64,000 nucleotides of DNA from Spirochaetia bacterium (GCA_965198005.1 CBDAOI010000003.1:1-64000); one strand, 5' to 3'; positions 19,274 through 31,287 are shown, numbered from the stretch's first letter. The notes: a model not told the origin generated them from the sequence alone. Made by a program: numbers and translations.

Positions 19274-20734
19274 ATGACGACGACACAATGGGATGATGGA
19301 GATTGGGCCGGCTGTCTCGTGCGTGTGCTTGGCCGGGTGGACGAAGTTGAAGGCGGGTACCGGGATGAGTTCGCGGAACTGCGTAGGCGGCAAGAACAGG
19401 CGGACAGGGAAAACCCGTACCGATTCGAAGGGTCGGATCCGGCCGGTTACCTTCGTTCGTTTTTACGACGAAGTCTGTTACGGCAGACGATACGTCGATA
19501 GGCGATATGAGCCGCTACGTGCCGCGTTGCGCGATGCGGAGCGTTTCCTGGGGCGGCATCCGGCGCTGGCGCCGGTGCTGAAGGTGGATGAACGCTGGAA
19601 AGAATTCGTGGTCCGAGCCTTTGACCGGGACTATGGGACCTCACGCCTGGCCGTGGTCGCAGGACTCCTGTGCCGGGCGAGACAGGTTGGCGAGAACGGT
19701 TTGGAGACCGCCTGCCGCGAGCTGCAGTCCCTGCTCGATCGGAGCCTGGAGGAGGAGTGCGGTTCAGCTTCCGATCTCCTGACCACGGGATACCATGTCC
19801 TTGCTCTTCTACGGCCTGCGTCTCAGCGGAGAGGTCGAAATCGCGGACAGTCTCAAGGCGGTTCCGCTGGAGAAGGCGGAAGGCGTTTCTGGACATGGAA
19901 GTCGTGCGGAATGTCGCGCCGCCGAGGGACGATGGAAACGGGTGGGAAGGCGTCAGCGCAATTGTAGAAGCCGTTCCGTGGAGGCCGGTACTGCTCTCTC
20001 CGGGGGACCGGACGGAGCGGGCTTATGATGTGGGTTCCTTCTACATCGACGCACAGGACTTCGTGACACTCCTCTCGGTGTTTCAGGGTGCCCCGATAGT
20101 ATCCTTGGCGGTCTTTCCGAATCGCACGCATCGAACGGTACCTCTTCTTCTCGGTGAGCCGCGTCTAGACGGCGACATGGGCGTGAACCCCTGGGCGCGG
20201 GCTTATGCCACTCTGCGGAATCCGCGGGAGCTCGACCGTGTTGCGCTCGAACAGGCGGGACGGCTGCATTCTGAGCTGGAGCGCGGTCGATATCGGGAGT
20301 ATGAGCCGGTGATCTCTCGCCTTTCCGAGGCGCTCGCGCGAACCGGCGATTATGAAGCGGATGACAAGATCCTGGACGTCGCCATCGCGCTGGAACAGAT
20401 GTACGAGCTGGATCAGGGCGAGATCGGTTTCAAGCTGAAAATCCGGGCGGCATGTTTCTTGGAGTCCGAAACGCAGGCCCGCCTGTGCGTGTTCAGGAAG
20501 GTGGGGCAGCTCTACGACGCGCGGTCGGGGATCGTTCACAGACGCAGGAAGGAGTCCTCTCGTGCATCGAAGGGGGACGCGTTCGAAGCGGGATTCGACG
20601 TGGCGCGCGCTTCGGTCATCAAGTTGCTCCGGGAGGGGCCGCCGCGCGATTGGAACGAGTTGGTGATGGCGGGCATGGGGAACGGGAACCCGCAGAGCCT
20701 CGACAACACGGGTCGCGCGGCGGGGCCGCAGTGA
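19274..20734 (+). pseudogene. ApeA-like HEPN protein split by ~3 frameshifts
   Basis: Consecutive ORF segments 19274, 19293, 19795, 19670; C-terminus DVAIALEQMY...FKLKIRAA...LYDARSGIVH (Rx4H). Confidence 0.7.
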
Positions 20735-20756
20735 GTTGCGATCTGAGAGGTCCGCC

Positions 20757-21203
20757 AGCGCGCGGTCGTTGGCGGTGGCGGTGGAGGCCAGCACGCGGAG
20801 GTCGGCAGGGAAGTTCGCGGCGATGCGCTCGATGAGGCGGTAGTGGCGGCGGAAGTCGTGGCCTCAGTCCCAGATGCAGGCGCCTCGTCGACGACCCAGC
20901 AGTGAGATGCGAGCTGCGGCGGCCATCACCTCGGTGCGGAAGCGCTCGTTGGCGAAGCGCTCTGGGGAGATGAGCAGGAGGTCGACCTGGTCGTCGCGGA
21001 CTGACTCTTCGACCTCGCGCCAGCGCTCCTCGTTGTCGGAGTTGATGGTGTGGCGCCGAGGCCCATGCGCTCGGCGGCGGCGATCTGGTTGCGCATAAGC
21101 GCCAGCAGCGGGCTGACCAGGAGGGCGGGTCCCAGGCCGGCCTCGCGCAGTAGCTGGGCGGCGATGAACTAGACGAAGCTCTTGCCCCAGCCGGTCTTCT
21201 GCA
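20757..21203 (-). pseudogene. RecQ-family helicase N-terminal remnant
   Basis: VQKTGWGKS, LVSPLLALMRNQ, LLLISPERFAN, decayed DEAHC/WGHDFR and LASTATAN. Confidence 0.75.
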
Positions 21204-21449
21204 CTAGCTAGCTAGCACGTATGGCTAAGCGAAGGCGGACGATACGTGTACCGGAGAATGATTATCAGCCGGCAAAGCCGAGCTTGACGAGCCGATCCGC
21301 GTCAGCCGGTGAGGTGTGCCGCTCGGACAAGGCCGTCAAGCTCCTATTGCGGCCCGTGGACGTACAGGAGCTCCGCTCGGATGAATACCGTAAGCACTAC
21401 CGTGAAGGAGTTGACAAATGAATGTTCCAGTTTAGTCTCGACCCAGAGA

Positions 21450-22379
21450 TCATTCATTCATGTCAACCGAATATCCTGCCCAATCGACGCTTTCCCAATA
21501 TGCCGAGTGATACTCATCCTCCGTATACGTTATGGTATCCGTGAATGTGTCCCCTAATCCGCAGGCAGAAAGTCGGGATAGCCCGGAGATTCGCAGTCCG
21601 CATGCAGTGCAAACAAACGAGGAGGGAGCCATACCTTGTTTTTCGATGACTTCGCCGTCCATAATTCTAGTTTCTACGCGGCCTAATGGATCACCCTTAA
21701 CAAGAGCCTGAGACTTACATGCTGGACACTCTACTCGATGTCCCTTATCCGAAGTGGCCCCCGCTTCCGCATCCAATGACGCCCCCTGGCGTTCCTTATC
21801 TGTTTTCTCTTCCCATAATTTCTTGTGCGAACAAATATCTCGATACACAGATCTTGCTGCAGTATCTTTTAGCGAGCTGATCATCTTCTTGACTATCTTC
21901 AGATCCGTAAACAAGTCATTCGGCTGTCGGCCCATCGACTCGACAAGTACTTTACACGCTTGGTAGAATCTTGGCCTCCAATCGGACGACTTCTCGAATG
22001 CCAAGTCCCCCGTATGTAGCTCGATATTTCGCCTCTCGGCTTGTTGCAAGCAAAAACTAAGGTCCTCATCCGTAAATCCCGCTACTAGTTCGTGAATTCG
22101 TTCATACAGTTCCTTGGAAGAGATAGAACTCGGCCTAAAGCGCTTCCGCGTCGACTGGCTGCCGAGCGCGTATGTCAGATTGCGCCAATTCCTATCTCCT
22201 GCAAGCAAGACGGGGGAGATGTGGGAGAGCGCCGCGCGAGCGAGGATCTCCAAGCTCAGAGCAGCCAACAGCCCAGCGCGGCCTACTTCTGATTGGGATT
22301 CCATTTGTTCAACATAGAGTTTGGCCTTGTCGAACAGTGATTGTTCGGACCAGGGGTGATCCGACAGTAGCCCATTCAT
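21450..22379 (-). CDS. HEPN-like RNase with C-terminal Zn ribbon
   Basis: SLEILARAAL, RNIELH (Rx4H), CPAC...CTAC. Confidence 0.65.
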   Translation of the reverse strand: MNGLLSDHPWSEQSLFDKAKLYVEQMESQSEVGRAGLLAALSLEILARAALSHISPVLLAGDRNWRNLTYALGSQSTRKRFRPSSISSKELYERIHELVAGFTDEDLSFCLQQAERRNIELHTGDLAFEKSSDWRPRFYQACKVLVESMGRQPNDLFTDLKIVKKMISSLKDTAARSVYRDICSHKKLWEEKTDKERQGASLDAEAGATSDKGHRVECPACKSQALVKGDPLGRVETRIMDGEVIEKQGMAPSSFVCTACGLRISGLSRLSACGLGDTFTDTITYTEDEYHSAYWESVDWAGYSVDMNE

Positions 22380-22556
22380 CCTGTGACCTCCGAAAGATAG
22401 ATTCGCTCGATCTCGCGACCGATGTCGTCCGTCGGCACGCTACTCCGAGAATGGAGGAACTGCCAATTATCCAAAACTAGAGTATCTCCCGGGTTAACGA
22501 AGGCTACAGATACGACTTCCGCCGTGTCCCAAGTGTGAGTTCTCATGGTGCTCGCA
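22376..22556 (-). pseudogene. TauD/TfdA-like 2OG-Fe(II) dioxygenase C-terminus, truncated by array A
   Basis: PGDTLVLDNWQFLHSR...REIERIY matches GDxxxxDNxxxxHxR; ATGA overlap with the HEPN gene. Confidence 0.7.
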
Positions 22557-22557
22557 A

Positions 22558-25500
22558 ATCGACAACGACGGCCGCTTCGAGCCGCTCGCGGCGGACATGA
22601 AGCCGTACGGTTCGGGAGCCGACATCGACGCGGCCTGCGCACCGGTGCTGCCGCCGGACGCCTACTACACGGGACGGCCCGGACATACGCCAATGCCCTC
22701 CAGGTGCGGGACGCGGCCGGCGCGTTCCGCAACCGCGTGGCCGGCGTCCGGGGTCGACGCCACCGGGTGGAACTGGTCGGCTCGGTTCGGCGGTCTGGGC
22801 TACGACGGCGACCTCGACCTGTACACGGTCAACGGCATGGTCGGCGTGGCGTTCGGGTACCTACCCGGCGCGGAGTTGCTGTTGACAGGCTGACCAATAC
22901 CAAGGCGGGCAAGCCCGCTCCCAATGCTGTCGCGGAGCGGGTCGAGGTCCTGGAAGCCTCTTCGTCGGCGTTCGCCCGGAGCGGCCGCCCGCCCGCGCAA
23001 TGTCAGGCTCCAAGCCGCGCAGGCCGAGAGGTCCCCGCCACACGCTCTGATTCGAGCGTGATAATCGCGACGGCAGAGGCCCCCAGAGCGTATCCGGTGA
23101 ATCTGATCGATGAATACGACGGCACCGTACTGGTGGCGTCGCCGGCCTTCCCCGAGCTGACGACGTTCGGAGCGGTTCGGGCCGAAGCGTCGGCGCATGC
23201 CGTAGGAGCATTCGCGGAGGCGAATCGCATGGGCATTCACGTCCGGATGGGCGTTCCGGCGCCGACGCCGACGGAGGGTGATTGTGCGTACGTCGCAACG
23301 CTGACGATCGCGAAGGTGTTGCTCTACCGGGGATCCGCGACGCGCGTGTCACGTTGTCAGCAGGTCGGAGCTGGCGCGCCGCCTCAACTGGCACTTTCCG
23401 CGGTCGATCGCGTGTTCGACCTGAACCACGGCTGGCGGCTGGACCAGATCGACGCAGCGCTCGCGGCCGACGGCCTGCGGTTGGATGTAGGCGTCGTCGC
23501 CATAGATTCGGGGTCACCTGCGGCTGCGACGAACGACGGCACCTGACTGTCACGGTGGCGACGGCCGCTGAGGTGGATGGGGCACGCGAGATACCTGAAC
23601 GTGCGCTGCCACCACGTCACCGTATTCCCAGCCTACCGGCGGCAACTCACCGAGTATTCAAGGATCCCTTCGTCCGGTGTCAGGATCGTGGGCGTGGCGC
23701 CGAGGGCGGCTGCTACCAGAAGGCGGTCGAACGGGTCGTGATGCATCGGCAATTCGGATGGGCGATACCACCTATCATGCGATGGCGTTCGCCGAAGGCG
23801 ACATCGACAACGACGGCCGCTTCGAGCCGCTCGCGGCCGACATGAAGCCGTACGGTTCGGGAGCCGACATCGACGCGGCCTGGGGACCGGTGCTGCCGCC
23901 GGACGCCGGACGCCTACTACACGGGACGGCCCGGACATACGCCAATGCCCTCCAGGTGCGGGACGCGGCAGGCGCGTTCCGCAACCGCGTGGCCGGCGTC
24001 CGGCGTCGACGCCACCGGCTGGAACTGGTCGGCTCAGTTCGGCGGTCTGGGCTACGACGGCGACCTCGACCTGTACACGGTCAACGGCATGTCGGCGAGG
24101 CGTTCGGGTACCTACCCGGCGCGGAGCTGCTGTTGACAGGCTGGCCAGTACCAAGGCGGGCAAGCCCGCTCCCAATGCTGTCGCGGAGCGGGTCGAGGTC
24201 CTGGAAGCCTCTTCGTCGGCGTTCGCCCGGAGCGGCCGCCCGCCCGCAATGTCAGGCTCCAAGCCGCGCGGGCCGAGAGGTCCCGACCACACGCTCTGAT
24301 TCGAGCGTGATAATCGCGATGGCAGAGGCCCCCAGAGCGTATCCGGTGAATCTGATCGATGAATACGACGGCACCGTACTGGTGACGTCGCCGGACCTTC
24401 CCCGAGCTGACGACGTTCGGAGCGGTTCGGGCCGAGGCGTTGGCGCATGCCGTAGGAGCATTCGCGGAGGCGAATCGCGTGGGCATTCACGCCCCGATGG
24501 ACGTTCCGCCGCCGACGCCCACGGAGGGTGACAGTGCGCACGTCGCAGCGCTGACGATCGCGAAGGTGTTGCTCTACCGGGGATGCGCGACGCGCGTGTC
24601 ACGTGTCAGCAGGTCGGAGCTGGCGCGCCGCCTCAACTGGCACCTGCCGCGGTCGATCGCGTGCTCGACCTGAACCACGGCTCGCGGCTGGACCAGATCG
24701 ACCCAGCGCTCGCGGCCGTCGGCCTGCGGTTGGATGTAGGCGTCGTCGTCGCCATACATTCGGGTTCGCCTGCGGCTGCGACGAACGACGGCACCTGACT
24801 GTCACGGTGGCGGCGGCCGCGGATGTGGATGGGGCACGCGAGATACCAGAACGTGCGCTGCCACCACGTCACCGTATCCCAGCCTACCGGCGGCAACTCA
24901 CGAGTATTCAAGGATCGCTTCGTCCGGTGTCAGGATCGTGGGCGTGGCGCCGAGGGCGGCTGCTACCAGAAGGCGGTCGAACGGGTCGTGATGCATCGGC
25001 AATTCGGATGGGCGATACCACCTACCATGCGATGGCGTTCGCCGAAGGCGACATCGACAACGACGGGCGCTTCGAGCCGCTCGCGGCCGACATGATGCCG
25101 TACGGTTCGGGAGCCGACGTCGACGCGGCCTGGGGACCGGTGCTGCCGCCGGACGCCGGACGCCTACTACACGGGACGGCCCGGACATACGCCAATGCCC
25201 TCCAGGTGCGGGACGCGGCAGGCGCGTTCCGCAACCGCGTGGCCGGCGTCCGGGGTCGACGCCACCGGCTGGAACTGGTCGGCTCAGTTCGGCGGTCTGG
25301 GCTACGACGGCGACCTCGACCTGTACACGGTCAACGGCATGGTCGGCGAGGCGTTCGGGTACCTACCCGGCGCGGAGTTGCTGTTGACAGGCTGGCCAGT
25401 GCCAAGGCGGGCAAGCCCGCTCCCAATGGTGTCGCGGAGCGGGTCGAGGTCCTGGAAGTCTCTTCGTAGACGTTCGCCCGGAGCGGCCGCCCGCCCGCGA

Positions 25501-27262
25501 ATGTCAGGCTCCAAGCCGCGCGGGCCGAGAGGTCCCCGCCACACGCTCTGATTCGAGCGTGATAATCGCGACGGCAGAGGCCACCAGAGCGTATCCGGTG
25601 AATCTGATCGATGAATGCGACGGCACCGTACCGGTGACGTGGCCGGACTTCCGCGAGCTGACGACGTTCGGAGCGGTTCGGGCCGAGGCGTTGGCGCATG
25701 CCGTAGGAGCATTCGCGGAGGCGAATCGCAGGGGCATTCACGCTCCGATGGACGTGCCGGCGCCGACGCCCACGGAGGGTGATTGTGCGCACGTCGCAAC
25801 GCTGACGATCGCGAAGGTGTTGCTCTACCGGGGATGCGCGACGCGCGTGTCACGTGTCAGCAGGTCGGAGCTGGCGCGCCGTCTCAACTGGCACCTACCG
25901 CGGTCGATCGCGGGCTCAACCTGAACCACGGCTCGCGGCTGGACCAGATCGACGTAGCGGTCGCGGCCGACGGCCGGCGGTTGGATGTAGGCGTCGTCGC
26001 CATACGTTCGGGTTCGCCTGCGGCTGCGACGAACGACGACACCTGACTGTCACGGTGGCGGCGGCCGCGGAACGTGGATGGGACACGCGAGATACCTGAA
26101 CGTGCGCTGCCACCACGTCACCGTATCCCCAGCCTACCGGCGGCAACTCACCGAGTATTCAAGGATCCCTTCGTCCCGTGTCAGGATCGTGGGCGTGGCG
26201 CCGAGGGCGGCTGCTACCAGAAGGCGGTCGAACGGGTCGTGATGCATCGGCAATTCGGATGGGCGATACCACCTACCATGCGATGGCGTTCGCCGAAGGC
26301 GACATCGACAACCACGGCCGCTTCGAGCCGCTCCCGGCCGACATGAAGCTGTACCGTTCGGGGCCCGACGTCGACGCGCCCTGGGGACCGGTGCTGCCGG
26401 CGGACGCCCATGACACCGGACGCGCCCCAGATATACCCCAACACCCTGCAGCTGCGGGACGCGGCCGGCGCGTTCCGAAACCGGGTGGCCGGCGTCCGGG
26501 GTCGACGCAACCGGCTAGAACCGGTCGGCTCAGTTCGGCGATCCGGAGAAGGACGGCGACCTCGACCTGTACACGGTCAACGGCATGGTCGGCGAGGCGT
26601 TCGGCCACCTCCCCGGCGCGGAGCTGCAGTCGACAGGCTGACCAATACCAAGGCGGACAAGCCCGCTCTGGATGCTGTTGCAGAGAGAGTCGAGGTCCTG
26701 GAAGTCTCTTCGTAGGCGTTCGCCCGCGTCGGCCGCCCGCCCGCAAATGTCAGGCTCCAAGCCGCGCGGCCCGAGGGGTTCCGGCCACACCCTCTGATTC
26801 GAGCGTGATCATCCCGACGGCAGGGGCCACCGCAAATGTTGGCGTATCCGTATCCGGTGAATCTGATCGATGAATACGACGGCACCGTACTGGTGACGTC
26901 GCCGGACTTCCCCGAGCTGACGACCTTCGGAGCGGTTCGGGCCGCACCGTTGGCGCATGCCGTGGGGACATCCGAGGAGGCGATCGCGTCTCGCATTCAC
27001 GGTCGGATGGACGTTCCGGCACCGACGGCCCCTCGGAGGGTGATTGTACCTCGCAACGCTGACGGTCGCGAGAGTGATGCTCTACCGGGGATGCGGGACG
27101 CGCACGTCAGCAAGTCCGAGCTGGCGCGCCGTCTCAACTGGCACTTTCGGCCGTCGATCGCGTGCTTTGATCTGAACCACCGCTCGCGGCTGGACCCGAT
27201 CGACGCGGCGCTCGCGGCCGTCGGGCTGCGGTCGGATGTAGGCGTCGTCGCCATACGTTCGG
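22558..27262 (+). repeat. Tandem array A: ~3.8 copies of a ~1.25-kb chimeric unit (FG-GAP/CRTAC1 fragment, palindrome, frameshifted hicB, antisense vapC fragment)
   Basis: Anchor GACAAC(G/C)ACGG recurs at 22561, 23806, 25056, 26307; peptides FAEGDIDNDGRFE, GWNWSAQFG, YPVNLIDEYDGTVLVTSPDFPELTTFG, ELARRLNWH; minus strand LPMHHDPFDRLLVA. Confidence 0.92.
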
Positions 27263-27542
27263 TCACCGGTCCAGATTCCCGGAGCGGACGTCCCCTCACT
27301 GATCGAGTCGATCAAAGAGTACCAGATCCGGCACTACTACATGCTCGGCGAACTGATCTGCGTAAGCCCTCAGCTCCTTGGCTTGTATCTCCACAAGTGA
27401 AGTGTTTAGCTGCTGCGTGGTCTCATGAAGCTCAAACATCGCTTGCAGGTTCTTCAATTGGCTACAATAGAACTCGTACAGACGTGCCCACGGACCAGTC
27501 ATTCCCGACAAAATGTCTGCAGCACGATCCCTCACGCAAACG

Positions 27543-27803
27543 CTAACGCCACTGACTCTGCCGCTGACTCAAGAATTCGCTCGACGAGCGCTCAGCGTTG
27601 GCAATACCTTCGGGGGTCAGTCTGAACGAAGCAGCCCTGAGGGCGTTCGCCGCGTTCATGTACCCAGAATGAAGCGCCACGTCGAACCACTTGTACGCTT
27701 CCTCGTAGTCTCTCTGTACTCCATCGCCCCAAAAATATCGGACACCGAGGTTGTATCGCGCCTTACCGACGCCTCCTTCAGATTGGTTATGGATGACCAT
27801 CAC
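27543..27803 (-). CDS. Small Sel1-repeat protein or fragment
   Basis: ARYNLGVRYFWGDGVQRDYEEAYKWF. Confidence 0.65.
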   Translation of the reverse strand: MMVIHNQSEGGVGKARYNLGVRYFWGDGVQRDYEEAYKWFDVALHSGYMNAANALRAASFRLTPEGIANAERSSSEFLSQRQSQWR

Positions 27804-27880
27804 TATGCTATAGAGTTCCGGCTTGGTCGTTGGGCGGGCTCACGGACGAGCCGCTAACTGTTAAACTTGAGACGTACGCG

Positions 27881-29254
27881 CTATCGATAGTACTCGGTAA
27901 CGGCAGCCGCGGAGGTGTCGAGCCCCGGAAAGAGGGTTTCCCGTGTAACATTGAGGAGTCGCAAGTCGCTCATGATTCCAATCTTTTTCTTCCCCGGTAT
28001 CGTAAGTTCATAGTGTGCGTACACCGGGACGCTCACATTCCTTTTAAGGATCTCACGCCTCTCGAATCTCTCGTGCAGTGCGGACACCAAGAAAGCTCCC
28101 GATTGAGCCCTAATACGCTCCGACGCCTGCTGCGGCTCCACTATGAGAACACGGAACAGAACCCTAGGATCAATCCGGTCTTCAAATCGAGGTATTTCCA
28201 ACTGTACTTCTTGGGATAGCCTGTTAGCGTAGCTCTTTCTACTCACATACTTTCTCAATATAGACCATCTGCGTTTTGGTGGCCACGCTGATTGATGAAG
28301 GGAAGGGTCGTCCGTACGGATGATTGAATCCTGCTCCTTGCGCGACAGCTTACCAAAGTTGGCGACAATACTGGCAGCTTCGCTGTTGAACGGGTTAACC
28401 AGGGACTGAGGTACTGCGAAAACATGCAGTCGACCGTCAACCTGATGATCTTGTTCGCAGACATGGAAAATGGCAACCAACGGATTCCTCGTGATGTCAA
28501 GAAAGCGAGTCTGAAGTCCATGATGCTGAGCTAATACCCATTGACCGAGGGCTGAGTTGACGTTGCTGAATTCTCCGGGACGTCGAGTCATCAGCTCGAC
28601 CAACATCCTACCCTCGGCTTCAACGAGTTCCCGTTGCCTTATCACTGACGGTCGCAGTTCCCAACCACACTGAGATTCACCTCGAAAGTAGAGCGAGATA
28701 CTATCTTCGTGACCAACGCGAATCTTGCTAATCTCTTCGAGGAGACGATTAACGGATTCAACCGGAGACGGGTTATGTGAGATCTGACTAACGGAGTTAG
28801 AGGCGGGGAAGAGCCTTGCTTTCAAGAACGAGGCCGGTAGATGCGTGACTTGGCTTAAGTCAGCATCAATGAGAACGGATTCCGAGAGATTTGTATGCGT
28901 AAGGTCGGCATAGGTAAATCGAGCGAAGCGAAGGTTCGCTTTAGCGAGGCTTGCGCCAAGTAGCGTCGCATCAGAAAGGTCAGCCGCCTCGAGGTTTGTG
29001 CCGTCCAGCTTCGCATAGGAAAGGTCTGCTCGTCTCAGGTCGGCTGCCTGGAGGTTGGCGCCGGACAGATCGGAGAGTTCGAAATTTACACCGGAATAGT
29101 TTCGTAGCGGTGCGAGCTTGGCGAGCCTGCCGTGCGATTGTCCAACAAGATCTTCTCCCGCGAGGTTTGGCATAAACGGATTCGCTTGCCGACGCCGGTT
29201 CCATACCTGGACGCCCTCGCGCAACCACGCTACATGTTGAGGGTTGGCCATCAT
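27881..29254 (-). CDS. Pentapeptide-repeat + FRG domain protein
   Basis: A(D/N)Lxx repeats; LYFRGE...LRPS, QHHGLQTRFLDITRNPLVA, RIRAQSGAF, ETLFPGLD. Confidence 0.88.
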   Translation of the reverse strand: MMANPQHVAWLREGVQVWNRRRQANPFMPNLAGEDLVGQSHGRLAKLAPLRNYSGVNFELSDLSGANLQAADLRRADLSYAKLDGTNLEAADLSDATLLGASLAKANLRFARFTYADLTHTNLSESVLIDADLSQVTHLPASFLKARLFPASNSVSQISHNPSPVESVNRLLEEISKIRVGHEDSISLYFRGESQCGWELRPSVIRQRELVEAEGRMLVELMTRRPGEFSNVNSALGQWVLAQHHGLQTRFLDITRNPLVAIFHVCEQDHQVDGRLHVFAVPQSLVNPFNSEAASIVANFGKLSRKEQDSIIRTDDPSLHQSAWPPKRRWSILRKYVSRKSYANRLSQEVQLEIPRFEDRIDPRVLFRVLIVEPQQASERIRAQSGAFLVSALHERFERREILKRNVSVPVYAHYELTIPGKKKIGIMSDLRLLNVTRETLFPGLDTSAAAVTEYYR

Positions 29255-29294
29255 TCCATACCGTATCTCCCACGGCGATCACAAATGGATCCGC

Positions 29295-29940
29295 GTCGCG
29301 CTAGGGACGCCGGTTGCCCGGCGCCCCCCGCACAGATCCGTACGTGCGCGTTAACGCATACGGCTCCTACCTCCGGGAGTGACCGCAGCCCACTGGACCG
29401 CCGTATTCGCTCGACCGCCTGGTACACCGTTCCCCGGCACTGTGTCCGGTCCGTGCTTTGGTCTCGCAAATTCCCGTTGGTCATGGGCCTTGGCTCCACC
29501 AACTCCGCAACGGCTCGCACCGCCTTGTTCGCCAGCTTCTCAGCTACTATGCCCATGTCAGACTCCATTCGGGCCGTGCATCATCGGCTTACGGCCTCGC
29601 GCCTTCCCGATGCGGTCCCAGCCGTAACCGGGACAACCCGAAGACCTCCCAGGTCCCGGCATATGACGTACGTACGTGCATGAGTTCTCGGACGACGTGG
29701 AGCCCGGTCAGGTCTCACCATAGCGACCCGACCGGTGTTGCCTTCGGTATGCAGCAAAGCCTCGGCGCTCCAAACCATGTCATTTTCGACGCTCAATAGT
29801 CCGCCCGCACGCACCGCTACCGACGCTTCGCCTACCCCTCGCGGGTGCCAGACGCACGGCTCGCGGAGAAACGTGGATCGGTTATTCCTTCGTTTCAAGG
29901 GACTCCCACCCTCTGTCATATGCCAGTTAGCCTGGCGCAC
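29295..29940 (-). mobile_element. Group II intron lacking its RT ORF (646 nt)
   Basis: 5' GTGCG at 29940; domain V GAGCCGTATGCGTTAACGCGCACGTACGGATC; domain VI ending CCCTAGCGCGAC at 29295; only the IEP N-terminus (ESDMGIVAEKLANK...RTQCR...AVERIR) remains. Confidence 0.85.
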
Positions 29941-30453
29941 CACTGCCGGACCGCCCCGCGGTGAGCACCGTCTTCCTGTTAGGTCTAACTGCTCCAGATG
30001 ACCGCCAGCCCGCAGGTACCGTTGAAATCGCCATTCCACTTCTACTGACCATCGTGCTCAACCATTGCGGTGTCTTGGCGGCGTTCGAACATAATGAGAC
30101 ACACCTCACTTCATCGACAGGTTTATGGCAAATGTAATCAGCCCATCCGTCCGCAGCAAGAGTGCGCACCACACAACGCAAGCGCCGGCGGAAGAACAGC
30201 AGATCACGTGGTGAGGTGGTCCCGGTTGGTTGGACAGCCCGGGGGGTAAGTTAAGGTGTATTCCGTTGTCTGTCAACCCACCCCTCCCTGTCAAAAACAG
30301 GTGGCGGTAACAGGTGGCGGTAACAGGTGGTGGGGGTCTGGGGGAGGGGGGGCTTGATCCTGTGGACATTGTGGATAACTCCCCGCACCGGATCGCACAC
30401 CCGCTCGCCCTCTGACCTCGGAACCCGCAATTGCCACCTGCTCCCCATGTCCG

Positions 30454-31287
30454 TTACGCCACCTCCCGTCCCGGCGCCGCGACGCCGCGGTAGGCCTCGG
30501 ACGGCGTCCGGCCACCGAGTGCCGAGTGCGGTCGTACGTCGTTGTAGAACTCGATCCACTCGTCGATCACCCGCTGCGCCACGAAGCCGTCCGCCAACTC
30601 GTGCAGGTAGACCGCTTCGTACTTCAGGGACCGCCACAGCCGCTCGATGAACACATTGTCCAGGCAACGACCGCGACCGTCCATCGAACAGCGTATCCCC
30701 GCCGCCACCAGCAGCTCCGTGAACGCGATGCTGGTGAACTGGCTCCCCTGATCGGTGTTGAAGATCTCCGGGTTGCCGTACATCTCCAGCGCTTCCTCCA
30801 GTGCCTCGACGCAGAACCGGGTGTCCAACGTGTTGGACAGCCGCCACGCCAGCACCCGCCGGCTGGCCCAGTCCATGATCGCGACCAAGTACAGGAACCC
30901 GCCCTGCACCGGGATGTAGGTGATATCCGCGCACCACACCTGATTCGCGCGGTCGATCGTCAGCCCCCGCAGCAGATAGGGATACACCCGATGCTCCGGG
31001 TTCGCGACGCTGGTGCGCGGCTTGCGGTAGATCGCCTCCAAGCCCAGCAGCCGCATCAGCCGCCGCACCCGGTGCCGACCGACGGTCACCCCCGCACGCG
31101 CCAGATGGCGTACCATCTGCCGAGCGCCGTAGAACGGGTACTGCAGGTACAACTCATCGATGCGCCGCATCAGCGCCAAGTTCGCCGCGCTCTCGCCGAC
31201 CGGCGTGTAGTACAACGCCGAGCGGCTCAGTCCAAGCAGGGTGCACTGCCGGCTCAAGCTCAAGTTCTCGTAGTCACGTTCAATCAT
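30454..31287 (-). CDS. IS3-family transposase OrfB (DDE)
   Basis: YGARQM, NQVWCADITY, NTDQGSQFTS, DNVFIERLWRSLKYE, RPHSAL. Confidence 0.92.
   Translation of the reverse strand: MIERDYENLSLSRQCTLLGLSRSALYYTPVGESAANLALMRRIDELYLQYPFYGARQMVRHLARAGVTVGRHRVRRLMRLLGLEAIYRKPRTSVANPEHRVYPYLLRGLTIDRANQVWCADITYIPVQGGFLYLVAIMDWASRRVLAWRLSNTLDTRFCVEALEEALEMYGNPEIFNTDQGSQFTSIAFTELLVAAGIRCSMDGRGRCLDNVFIERLWRSLKYEAVYLHELADGFVAQRVIDEWIEFYNDVRPHSALGGRTPSEAYRGVAAPGREVA

Noticed and set aside
22558-27262. Many overlapping ORFs in the arrays as functional HicB, VapC or CRTAC1 genes
   Set aside because: Every copy is fragmentary or frameshifted; the long ORFs are GC-rich shadow frames
29295-29940. Retron or DGR explanation for repeat variation
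   Set aside because: No reverse transcriptase ORF in the window, and unit differences are not visibly adenine-specific
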